From: Methanococcus vannielii SB
GTDB lineage: Archaea; AGJL01; Methanococci; Methanococcales; Methanococcaceae
Assembly: GCF_000017165.1 (NCBI RefSeq)
Contig: NC_009634.1
Span: forward strand, 384,249-448,248
DNA length: 64,000 bases
Direction: 5' to 3'
The notes under the pieces were generated by a model. That model had not been told where the DNA came from. It did not search any database and saw only the letters and a list, made by a program, of their open reading frames with translations. Shown here one piece after another: positions 10,792 to 21,246 of the stretch (positions are counted from its first letter, which is position 1; the number at the start of each line of letters is the position of its first letter). Both the position numbers and the translations under genes were made by a program.

Positions 10792-11775
10792 TTAAAGTAA
10801 ATTTTTTCTGAGTTCTTCCGAACTTTTTGGTGATAAATGGCCAAGTGATATGTCAAATACAGTTTTTGCACCAAAATGTCCTTCTTTATTCATTTTAAAT
10901 ACTGCTCTTGCATAAGCTACAAGAATGCTTGCAGTAAATTCGGGGTTACTGTCTAGTTTTAATGAAAATTCTACAATGTGCTTATTTTCTTTATTAAATC
11001 CAGTTTTACCACTTCGAATTACAAATCCCCCATGGGGCATTCCCGAATGATTCAATTTCAATTCATCCTCAGTTATAAAATTAACTTCGGTAGTATAATC
11101 TAAAAAGTAGTTTGGCATTTCCTTAATCTCTTTTTCCACTTTATTTTTATCTACGCCTTCTTCTAAAACAACATAGCATACTCTTAAGTGTTTTTCCTTA
11201 GTTTCAAGATTTGGGTCGTCTCCACTCCTCACTCGGTTTATTGCGCCATCTAAAGGAATCGTATACTGTATACCATTTTTAACCCCTGAAATTCTCCTTA
11301 TTGCATCTGAATGTCCCTGACTTACCCCACTACCCCAAAATGTATATTCTTTACCATCGGGAAGTATTGCTTCTGAAACCATTCTATTTATTGAAAATAA
11401 CCCCGGATCCCATCCAATACTAATAGCACTCGTGTGTCCGTTAGATTTAGCTACCAAATCAACTTCTTCAAAGTATTCTGGAATTTTTGCATGAGTATCA
11501 AAGCTATCTACTGTATTAAAAAGTTTTGCAAATTCTGGCCCCTGTACTGGAAGATCTGTTGCAGAACCGCCACAAAGTATCATAACGTCGATTTTATCAA
11601 CATACTCTTTTGCATCATCTACTGAAACTATTTTTGCATCTTCTTGAATTTTTATGCTGTTTTTTGGCCTTCTTGTAAATACTGCCACAAGTTCCATATC
11701 TGGATTTTGTTTAATTGCAGAATATACTCCTTTACCCAAATTTCCATATCCCATAATTCCGATTTTTATAGTCAT
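10792..11775 (-). CDS. meso-diaminopimelate D-dehydrogenase family (Ddh-like) NAD(P)-dependent oxidoreductase
   Basis: MTIKIGIMGYGNLGKGV...PDMELVAVFTRR, then WDPGLFSIN, FWGSGVSQGHSDAIRRI, EVNFI, GMPHGGFV and LDSNPEFTAS. These are collinear with bacterial Ddh (Corynebacterium-type) along the whole length. The start is taken at the internal Met (MTIKIG), 4 aa inside the ORF-track start. Confidence 0.8.
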   Translation of the reverse strand: MTIKIGIMGYGNLGKGVYSAIKQNPDMELVAVFTRRPKNSIKIQEDAKIVSVDDAKEYVDKIDVMILCGGSATDLPVQGPEFAKLFNTVDSFDTHAKIPEYFEEVDLVAKSNGHTSAISIGWDPGLFSINRMVSEAILPDGKEYTFWGSGVSQGHSDAIRRISGVKNGIQYTIPLDGAINRVRSGDDPNLETKEKHLRVCYVVLEEGVDKNKVEKEIKEMPNYFLDYTTEVNFITEDELKLNHSGMPHGGFVIRSGKTGFNKENKHIVEFSLKLDSNPEFTASILVAYARAVFKMNKEGHFGAKTVFDISLGHLSPKSSEELRKNLL

Positions 11776-12019
11776 ATTATCCTCCATTTAGTCCTGTATT
11801 TTATACCAAAGATTTAAATTATTACTTAATATACGTTACGGACAAATCTAAATTTCTAAAGACAGCGTTTTTGACCATTTTTTCATTTTAGCCATAATAT
11901 TTTATTTTCCATTATATCCTAAAAATTTGTAAGATACTAACCTATTTAATTCAAATCAAAAGCCATATAAAAAGCCAAAATCATAGATATACTATGGACT
12001 TTAAAAAGGGGTGAAGGTC

Positions 12020-13255
12020 TTGAAAGAGCAAGTAATTGACATAGCCACGAAAGATGTTGTCACAGTAGCTCCAGAAACGCCAATATTAAAAGCTATTGGA
12101 ATTATGGAAAATAAAAGATTCCACAACTTAATTGTTGAACGGGAAAATGAAATATATCTTGTGACAATGTATGATTTACTACTTGCAAATTCAGTAAACC
12201 AGCAAGTTGAAGATTTGATGTTTAGACCCTATTGCGTAAATCAGACCACTTCAGTAATGGATGCAACGTTTGAAATGATCAATAGCGGTCAAAGAGTTGC
12301 ACCGATTATTGATGAAAAAAACAACATGGTTGGAATCATTACAGACTACGACATCATGAGGTGTGCAGCAAAGTCAAAGCTTTTGAGAGACGTTTTGGTA
12401 AATAAAATAATGTCTAAAAGCCCCATTACTATAGATAGTGATGAAAGTATCGGAAAAGCCAGAAGTTTAATGATGAAATACAACATTGGAAGGCTTGTTG
12501 TACTCAATAAAAATGGAAATCCAACAGGAATGGTAACGGAAGATGACATAGTTAAAAAAGTCTTTAAGCCAAAAACCAAAATGACTGTTGGTGAACTTAA
12601 AGGAGATAAAATGCCAAGAATGGCACAGCCTGTATCAATGATAATGAATTCCCCGATAATATCTGCAGAATTAGATAATTCAATTGCAGATGTTGCAAAA
12701 CTAATGGAAAATCAAGATGTTAGGGGAGTTCCAGTATTTAAAGATGGTTCATTGAGGGGAATAGTTACTAGGCTTGATATTTTAAAATATATTGCAGAAT
12801 TAAGGGCAGAATCTGTTGTGGAAGTTGAAATCCACGGGGACTTTGATGAAGAACAAAAAGACCTTGCAGAAAGAATATTATTTACGGAAGTAAGAAAAAT
12901 TGCCTCTTACGCAAGAAAAATACACTGGATAAGAATAAGCGTTAAAAAAGAAAGAGATAAAGGAGGAATTCCTTACTACACCGTACATACGTACGTAAAA
13001 ACTCCAAAAAAATTATATGTTGCGGAAGGAAAACCAAAACTTTCTGGAACAAAGAGAATAGATTGGGATGGAGAAGAGATTGAGTTAGTATCTGAAAAGC
13101 AGAGGTGGGACTTTATAGAGGTACTAAAAGATGCATTAGAGTCTGTAAAAAAACAGATGAGTATAGATAGGGAAAAAGGACGTTCAAAAAACATTAACAG
13201 TGGCAAAAAAGATGTTTTAGTCGAAGAATTTTCCGAAGAAATTAACTTAGAATAA
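12020..13255 (+). CDS. CBS-domain protein (four CBS repeats) with uncharacterized ~130-aa C-terminal domain
   Basis: Two CBS pairs (e.g. GQRVAPIIDEKNNMVGIITDYDIM and QDVRGVPVFKDGSLRGIVTRLDIL). The probable start is TTG at 12020, preceded by GGGGTGA. The ORF-track GTG at 12011 lies inside the RBS. Confidence 0.75.
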   Translation: MKEQVIDIATKDVVTVAPETPILKAIGIMENKRFHNLIVERENEIYLVTMYDLLLANSVNQQVEDLMFRPYCVNQTTSVMDATFEMINSGQRVAPIIDEKNNMVGIITDYDIMRCAAKSKLLRDVLVNKIMSKSPITIDSDESIGKARSLMMKYNIGRLVVLNKNGNPTGMVTEDDIVKKVFKPKTKMTVGELKGDKMPRMAQPVSMIMNSPIISAELDNSIADVAKLMENQDVRGVPVFKDGSLRGIVTRLDILKYIAELRAESVVEVEIHGDFDEEQKDLAERILFTEVRKIASYARKIHWIRISVKKERDKGGIPYYTVHTYVKTPKKLYVAEGKPKLSGTKRIDWDGEEIELVSEKQRWDFIEVLKDALESVKKQMSIDREKGRSKNINSGKKDVLVEEFSEEINLE

Positions 13256-13299
13256 ATGTTTTTCTTTTTTGATCTTAAAAATTTAAATTAAAATTTAAA

Positions 13300-14727
<1,428 letters not shown>

Positions 14728-14865
14728 TTATATTGATTTACAACCTGCAATTATACACTACTTGTGTTTTATCAATTAATCAATGAAATTATATTTAAAC
14801 CTATCATTGCTAAAAAATTACTAAAAAATTACTAAATCAGAAATATTAATATCGAGAGGATAACC

Positions 14866-16344
14866 ATGGTTAAAATATTTGACACTACCCTAAGAGATGG
14901 GGAACAGACCCCTGGCGTATCTTTAACGCCAAGTCAGAAGCTTGAAATAGCAATAAAACTTGATGAGCTTGGTGTCAATATTATTGAAGCAGGTAGTGCA
15001 ATAACGTCAAAAGGGGAACGAGAATCGATAAAATTAATCACTTCTGAAAATCTAAATGCAGAAATTGCTTCATTTGTAAGGGCACTTCCAGTAGACATTG
15101 ATTCTGCAATTTCATGTAATGTAGATAGCGTTCACTTGGTAGTTCCAACTTCAGACCTACACATGACATACAAATTAAGAAAAACAAGAGAAGAAAATTT
15201 AAATGATGCTTTAAAGGCCGTTGAATATGCAAAAAATCATGGCTTAATTGTAGAACTTTCTGCAGAAGATGCAACAAGAAGTGATCTTGAATTTTTAAAA
15301 GAACTCTTTAAAATGGGGGAAGAATTAAATGCTGATAGAATGTGTTTATGCGATACTGTTGGAATATTAACTCCAAATAAAGCTGAAACACTCGTAAAAA
15401 ATATAAAAGAATACACAAAACTTCCAATATCCATCCACTGCCATAATGACTTTGGAATGGCAACTGCAAATACTGTCTCTGCAATTCATGCGGGGGCGAC
15501 ACAATGCCACGTAACTGTAAACGGTATTGGTGAACGGGCAGGTAATGCTTCACTAGAAGAAGTAGTAATGGGTTTAAAATCGCTATACAATATAAATACA
15601 GACATTGAATCTGAAAAACTCTATAAAATTTCTAGAATTGTATCAAAAATGATGAAAATACCTGTTCCTGCAAATAAAGCACTTGTTGGAGATAATGCAT
15701 TTTCCCACGAAGCTGGAATTCACGTAGATGGCCTTATGAAAAATACTGAAACATATGAACCAATAAGTCCTGAAATGGTTGGAAATAGGCGAAAAATAAT
15801 TTTAGGAAAACACAGTGGAAAGGCTGCTTTAAAATACAAGCTTGAATTAATGAACATTGGACTAAGTCATGAACAGTTTGAAGAAGCATATTCAAAAATC
15901 AAAACATTTGGGGACCTTGGAAAATACATTAGTGATGTTGATTTAAAAACAGTCATTAATGAAGTAAGGGGCGTAACTTTAGAGAAAAAGGTAATTTTAG
16001 ATGAATTAACAGTTTTATCAGGAAATAAAATATCCCCTCTTGCATCAATTAATTTAAAATTTGCAAATGACTGCAATATTAAAGATAATATCAGGGAAGC
16101 TTCCTACGGAGTAGGGCCTGTTGACGCTGCAATAAATGCTGTTAGAAAAGCTTTAAGTGGAGTTGCAGATATCGAACTTGAAGACTATAACGTGCGTGCG
16201 GTTTCAGGCGGTACTGATGCATTAATCGAGGTTATAGTCCACCTTAGACGAGGAAATGAAGTTGTAGAAGTTAAAAAAGCACATGGAGATATTATAATGG
16301 CCTCTGTTGAAGCTTTGATGGATGGAATTAACCTTTTAATTTAA
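14866..16344 (+). CDS. LeuA-family synthase: (R)-citramalate synthase / 2-isopropylmalate synthase / homocitrate synthase paralog (492 aa)
   Basis: [29 protein letters not shown] and HVDGL place it in the DRE-TIM metallolyase LeuA/CimA/AksA family. The C-terminal LeuA-dimer regulatory domain is present. The size is closest to methanococcal CimA, but the paralog is not resolvable by eye. Confidence 0.9.
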   Translation: MVKIFDTTLRDGEQTPGVSLTPSQKLEIAIKLDELGVNIIEAGSAITSKGERESIKLITSENLNAEIASFVRALPVDIDSAISCNVDSVHLVVPTSDLHMTYKLRKTREENLNDALKAVEYAKNHGLIVELSAEDATRSDLEFLKELFKMGEELNADRMCLCDTVGILTPNKAETLVKNIKEYTKLPISIHCHNDFGMATANTVSAIHAGATQCHVTVNGIGERAGNASLEEVVMGLKSLYNINTDIESEKLYKISRIVSKMMKIPVPANKALVGDNAFSHEAGIHVDGLMKNTETYEPISPEMVGNRRKIILGKHSGKAALKYKLELMNIGLSHEQFEEAYSKIKTFGDLGKYISDVDLKTVINEVRGVTLEKKVILDELTVLSGNKISPLASINLKFANDCNIKDNIREASYGVGPVDAAINAVRKALSGVADIELEDYNVRAVSGGTDALIEVIVHLRRGNEVVEVKKAHGDIIMASVEALMDGINLLI

Positions 16345-16423
16345 AGTTCTCTTTTTCAATATGTTTAATTTTTATGGTTATATTTAAAAAAGAAAATAAA
16401 TTTTACTTATATTATGTAAGATA

Positions 16424-18556
16424 TTAAGTAAGCCGATAGTATCCATATTTTGGGCTAAATACGTCTGCACTCTTTTTTAATTTTTCTAATAAGTCATGCA
16501 CATCTTTTTCTGAAATTTGAAATTCTAAAGCCCTCTCTAAAATATCATCTTCATCTGCTAGTCCGGTATCGGAGATTACTGAAAGTTCACGAATAATTGC
16601 TAAAATTCTATCCATTTTATCAAGCTTCGACTTTGGGATTTCACCCATTCCCTTGTCTATGTCAAATTTTCCAGTTTCCGGGTCGTATGCAATCTGTTTT
16701 AAACATTCTTCTATTATATCTATCGCAATTTTTGCATCTTTTTCTTCAACTTTTTTAGAAAGTCTAGCTTTTGCGTGCATTTCTGAAATTCTAATTGCAG
16801 CTTCAAGCTGTCTTGCAGTAACTGGAACCGGATTATCCCCTTCCCCAAGTTTTCTCATATTTACATAGTATTCTTTAATTAATTTTTTAGCATTTTCCGA
16901 TAAAGAAGGACTTTTTAGCTTTTTTTCATCAACCTCTCCCGAATAAAGGTGGTGATTATCATCAAAGTAAGCACAAGTTCTTGCATAGATTATATAATTT
17001 TTAATAATGTTTTCGTCAACCTTTATTCCGTCAATGTCAATTGAACCTAAAACTTTTGTATACTTTTTTGTTGCAGTTTCAACATGCATTTCTAAAATAT
17101 GTTCTGCAATATCTAAATCCCTTCTACGGTCAGGTAAATCCTTTAATGGAAAAATCAAATCAAAGCGACTTAATAATGGGGCGGGAATTCCAATTTGTTC
17201 AACTACCCCCATATTTCTATCAAATCGTCCACGTTTTGGGTTACATGCTGCAAGAACCGCACATTTTGCAGGTAATTTTACATTTATTCCCCCTTTATTT
17301 ACGTGAATTGTCTGAGACTCCATTGCTTCCAAAATATACTTCATAACATTTTTATCAACAGTTAATTCATCAATACATGCCGTTCCCTCATTTGCACGGA
17401 CAAATACGCCGGGTTTTACAACCCATCCATCTCCAATTTCAGTTGCTTCCCTTACAACGTTTGCGGTAAGTCCTCCGCCTGTTGCAGTAGTAACTGAAGC
17501 GTAGGAATTTTGGGGAAAAAGTCTTGAAATTTTTCTAAGCATTGTAGATTTTCCAATTCCCGGATCAGTTATTAAAAGTATATGGCTATCTTTCCTTAAT
17601 TCTGAGCCATCGGGAAGGTATTTTATACATCCTTTTACCTGCTGTAAAAATATGGCTTTTTTTACAACGTCATATCCTTTAATTTGCGGGATTAAGTAGT
17701 TTGAAAGGATATCAATTATGTTTTCCTTTTTTCCAAGTTCATTTAATGTATCAATTAGTTCGTAATTATTTATAATATCCCTAACTTCAATTTTTTGAAA
17801 GTTTTCGCCAAGTTTCACGTGGTTACTTTTAGTGTAAATCTCAAAAACCGGCATGTTTGGCCTTGTCATCTTTTTCATGACCGTTCCAACTACATCCACT
17901 CTTCCAGAATAAATTCCATCAGAATTTTCTAAAAAAACACGGATGCTTCTTGGAGGGTCGTCAGGATTTTTCATTAAATCAATTGGTTGTTGAATTTCAA
18001 GTTCCTGTATGTTTACGTAAGAAGAGCTATCATAATCAATCGTCATTTCACTTCTACAGTTTTGATTTTTACAGTAACTCCTTGGAGTTTCAAAATAGTC
18101 GTGTATTGTTTTATAATGCAAACTTCCGCATGCCCTACAAACAAAACATGCTTTTTTTAACAGCGCACAAACCTTAGCGGCCTTTATAATGTTCCCCTCA
18201 AATTTAACCAGCTTATTCATTTCTGAAGAGGTTATTTCATCAATTTTTTTATCGCATGAAAGTGGATTTTTAAATGCTATCTGCATTTTTTCTAAATCCT
18301 TTTTTATATGTTCATCTTCCCCAAAAAGTTCAGTATATGCTTCTTTAAAAATATGAAGTAATGGGTCTTCAACCAATTTTGGATTTTCTATTATATGCTC
18401 ATTAATATCGCATAGTTCTGAATAATTTTTTAAAAAATCCGCAATATCTAATTCAAAAACGTTATTTTTCACAAGTTTTAAAGATATCTGGTTTTTCATG
18501 TATTTTTTTAATTTATCGCCGTAAAAATTTAAAAAGACTTCTTCGTTAAAATCCAT
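16424..18556 (-). CDS. mcm: MCM replicative helicase
   Basis: 710 aa. N-terminal C4 zinc finger (CFVCRACG...CKNQNC), Walker A (DPGIGKST), Walker B (CIDELTVD) and the SRFDLIF arginine-finger region are present. Confidence 0.92.
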   Translation of the reverse strand: MDFNEEVFLNFYGDKLKKYMKNQISLKLVKNNVFELDIADFLKNYSELCDINEHIIENPKLVEDPLLHIFKEAYTELFGEDEHIKKDLEKMQIAFKNPLSCDKKIDEITSSEMNKLVKFEGNIIKAAKVCALLKKACFVCRACGSLHYKTIHDYFETPRSYCKNQNCRSEMTIDYDSSSYVNIQELEIQQPIDLMKNPDDPPRSIRVFLENSDGIYSGRVDVVGTVMKKMTRPNMPVFEIYTKSNHVKLGENFQKIEVRDIINNYELIDTLNELGKKENIIDILSNYLIPQIKGYDVVKKAIFLQQVKGCIKYLPDGSELRKDSHILLITDPGIGKSTMLRKISRLFPQNSYASVTTATGGGLTANVVREATEIGDGWVVKPGVFVRANEGTACIDELTVDKNVMKYILEAMESQTIHVNKGGINVKLPAKCAVLAACNPKRGRFDRNMGVVEQIGIPAPLLSRFDLIFPLKDLPDRRRDLDIAEHILEMHVETATKKYTKVLGSIDIDGIKVDENIIKNYIIYARTCAYFDDNHHLYSGEVDEKKLKSPSLSENAKKLIKEYYVNMRKLGEGDNPVPVTARQLEAAIRISEMHAKARLSKKVEEKDAKIAIDIIEECLKQIAYDPETGKFDIDKGMGEIPKSKLDKMDRILAIIRELSVISDTGLADEDDILERALEFQISEKDVHDLLEKLKKSADVFSPKYGYYRLT

Positions 18557-18573
18557 TTTCCCACAAATTATTT

Positions 18574-19086
18574 TTAGTTACGTTTAAATTGTAATTTAAA
18601 ATCATAGTTCTTAAGTTTTGATACAATATATTCAAAATCATGTTTATTTTTTGCCTTTACGTCTTTTTTTTGAGGAAATTTTAAAATTACTTCATCAAAT
18701 AAAGATTTATTTACGGGAACTGTCATCGGGTAGTGGTAGCGATAGATACAGTTTATTCTTGCAGTAATAAATTCTGATAAATAGCTTAAACATGCATCAA
18801 TTCCAATTGATTCATTTGCAAGCAATGATCCCGACTTTTTAGATGGTAAATAAGAAATTCCAACTAATATTTCTTCTAAATTACATTTTAAAAGGTCTTT
18901 TGACTTTTGCTGTTCCCTTTTTAATTCATAAAGGTATATTGCAAGATCTTGTAAATTATTCCACGGGAGGTCAAAATTTACGTTTAAAGCATTTTCTTTT
19001 TTAATCATCCACAAAGGGATTTGTTTTTCATTTAAAAGGACTTCATATTCACTGCATTTTAAAAATAAAATATCGTATACATCCAT
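18574..19086 (-). CDS. hypothetical protein, 170 aa, immediately upstream of and co-directional with mcm (17-bp gap)
   Basis: Clean ORF with no recognisable motif. It has predicted mixed alpha/beta character. Operon-like spacing with mcm. Confidence 0.5.
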   Translation of the reverse strand: MDVYDILFLKCSEYEVLLNEKQIPLWMIKKENALNVNFDLPWNNLQDLAIYLYELKREQQKSKDLLKCNLEEILVGISYLPSKKSGSLLANESIGIDACLSYLSEFITARINCIYRYHYPMTVPVNKSLFDEVILKFPQKKDVKAKNKHDFEYIVSKLKNYDFKLQFKRN

Positions 19087-19251
19087 AGTTTCACGACAGG
19101 CATTTGTAAAATTTTAAAACAAGTCTGTTACTATCTTTTTTATAAGATATAAAATAATCTATTTTAATAGTCTTTTAATAAATTTAAAACTAAAGTTGTA
19201 TTATTATATCTAAACTTTACGTATAATTTTAAAATAAAAATAAAAATAAAT

Positions 19252-20961
19252 TTACATTTTTCCAGGCATTTCGATACCTAAAAGGTCAAGAGAATTTTCT
19301 AAAACTAATTTTGTAGAGTTTACAATCATAATTCTTGAATTTCTAACGGTTTCATTTTCTTCTTTTAATATTCTACAGTTTCCATAAAATTTATTAAATC
19401 CTTGTGCTAGTTCAAGTGCATAGTTTGCTAAAATCTGCGGTTTTCTAACTTCTGCTGACTTTTCAACAATTTCAGGAAGTTTTGAAATCAGTTTTACAAT
19501 TATTTTTTCATTTTCAGCCATTTCATATTCAAACAAATTTTTTGAATTTACTAAACCTGAAGGTTCGCAATTTTCTAAAATTCTCGAACATCTTGCATGG
19601 GCATACTGAATTACTGGGCACCCTACCTTTTCAAAGTCAAGAGCTTCATCCCATCGGAATACCATGGGTTTTTCAGGCGAAATTCTAACAATATTATATC
19701 TTACTGCCCCAACTGCAATTTTTTTTGCAATTTCTTCGATTTCCTCTTCTGTTTTTGCTACTTCTCTTTTTTTAACTTCTTCTCTTGCCCTTAATTTTGC
19801 TTCTTCAAATAATTCATCCATACTGATAAATCGTCCTTGCCTTGTACTCATTGAACCTTCAGGAAGCGAAATAAATTCATAAAATACAATTTCCGCCTCA
19901 TTGTATCCTAAAAGTGCAAGCGTTTTGTTTACCATTATTCCAGTTAGTTTGTGGTCTGCACCAAGTAAATTTACTGCAAAATCACAGTTTTCCATTTTAG
20001 TCATGTGATAAGCAACGTCCCTTGTTGAATATAAGCTCGTACCGTTAAGTCTTGCAAGAACCAACTTTTTTTCTATTCCAAATTCAGAAAGATCCAACCT
20101 ATAAACATCTTCTTCGGTAACTTTTCCAGTTTCCATTAATCTATTTATTACATTTCTAACCAGTCCACTTCTTACAAATTCACTTTCCCAGACAAATTTA
20201 TCGTGATGTATGTTTAATGTTGAAAGCGTTTCCTTAAATCCAGTGAGGGCATATTCTACGGCATTCTTAAATTTTTCAGTAATTTCATTTTCAATGCCAT
20301 TTTCCATTGCTTCTTCATAATTTTTCATTAAGTTTAGAATTTCTTGCTCTAACTCTTCATTCTCATTTAGTAACTTATTTGCTTCAACATACGTTTGTCC
20401 AATTGCATGGTCAGATTTTTTCGATTTATCGAGTTTAAATCTATCATTTCCAAAAACAACAATTGCTTCTTGCCTACCCATATCATTTACATAATACTGG
20501 GTTTCTACAGTATATCCTGCTGCATTCAGTATTCTTTTTAAGCTGTCCCCAATAACCATGTTTCTACCATGTCCAATATGAAATGGGCCATTAGGATTTG
20601 CCGAAGTATGCTCTAAAATAACTTTTTTATTTTTTAAATCGCTTTTTCCAAAATTTTCCTGTTTTGAGTTAATTTCTAAAGTAGTTTCTTTTGAAAAAAC
20701 AGAATAATCCATGAAAAAATTAATGTAGCCATTCAAACTTTCTATTTTTTCAATTCCCGGAATACTTAAAGATGAGGTAATTTCCTCCGCAATTATTTTT
20801 GGGGCCTTTTTAAGCTCTTTTGAAAGTCGGAATGCAATGTTTGTTGAATAATCCCCCATATTTATGGAAGGAGGTTCATCAAGTCTGATTTCGATTTGTT
20901 TTCCCGTTAAATCCAGTACTTTTTTCTCAATTGCAACCACTATCAATTTTTTAACGTCCAT
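19252..20961 (-). CDS. argS: arginyl-tRNA synthetase
   Basis: 569 aa. [17 protein letters not shown] is the class I HIGH motif. The ArgRS add-1 N-domain and the C-terminal DALR anticodon-binding region are present. Confidence 0.95.
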
Positions 20962-21246
20962 ATTATGCCTCGCCGTGTTTTCAAAATTTAAGAGTATTTG
21001 GGTATATTTAAGTATATTTAAGAATGTTTAAATATTTTAAGACTTTAAAAGTAATATATATTCATGATGTTTAAATATATATAATTAAACAGGAAAAGAG
21101 TCTCTTTTATTGCAGTATTAGTATTTAACATGGGTATTACATAACTTTGTATTACAATAACTAGTAAATTACAGGATATGCCAATAATCAATTAAGTATT
21201 AAGTAGTGATATTCTAAAGAATTAAGATTTTTAACGGCGAGATAGT

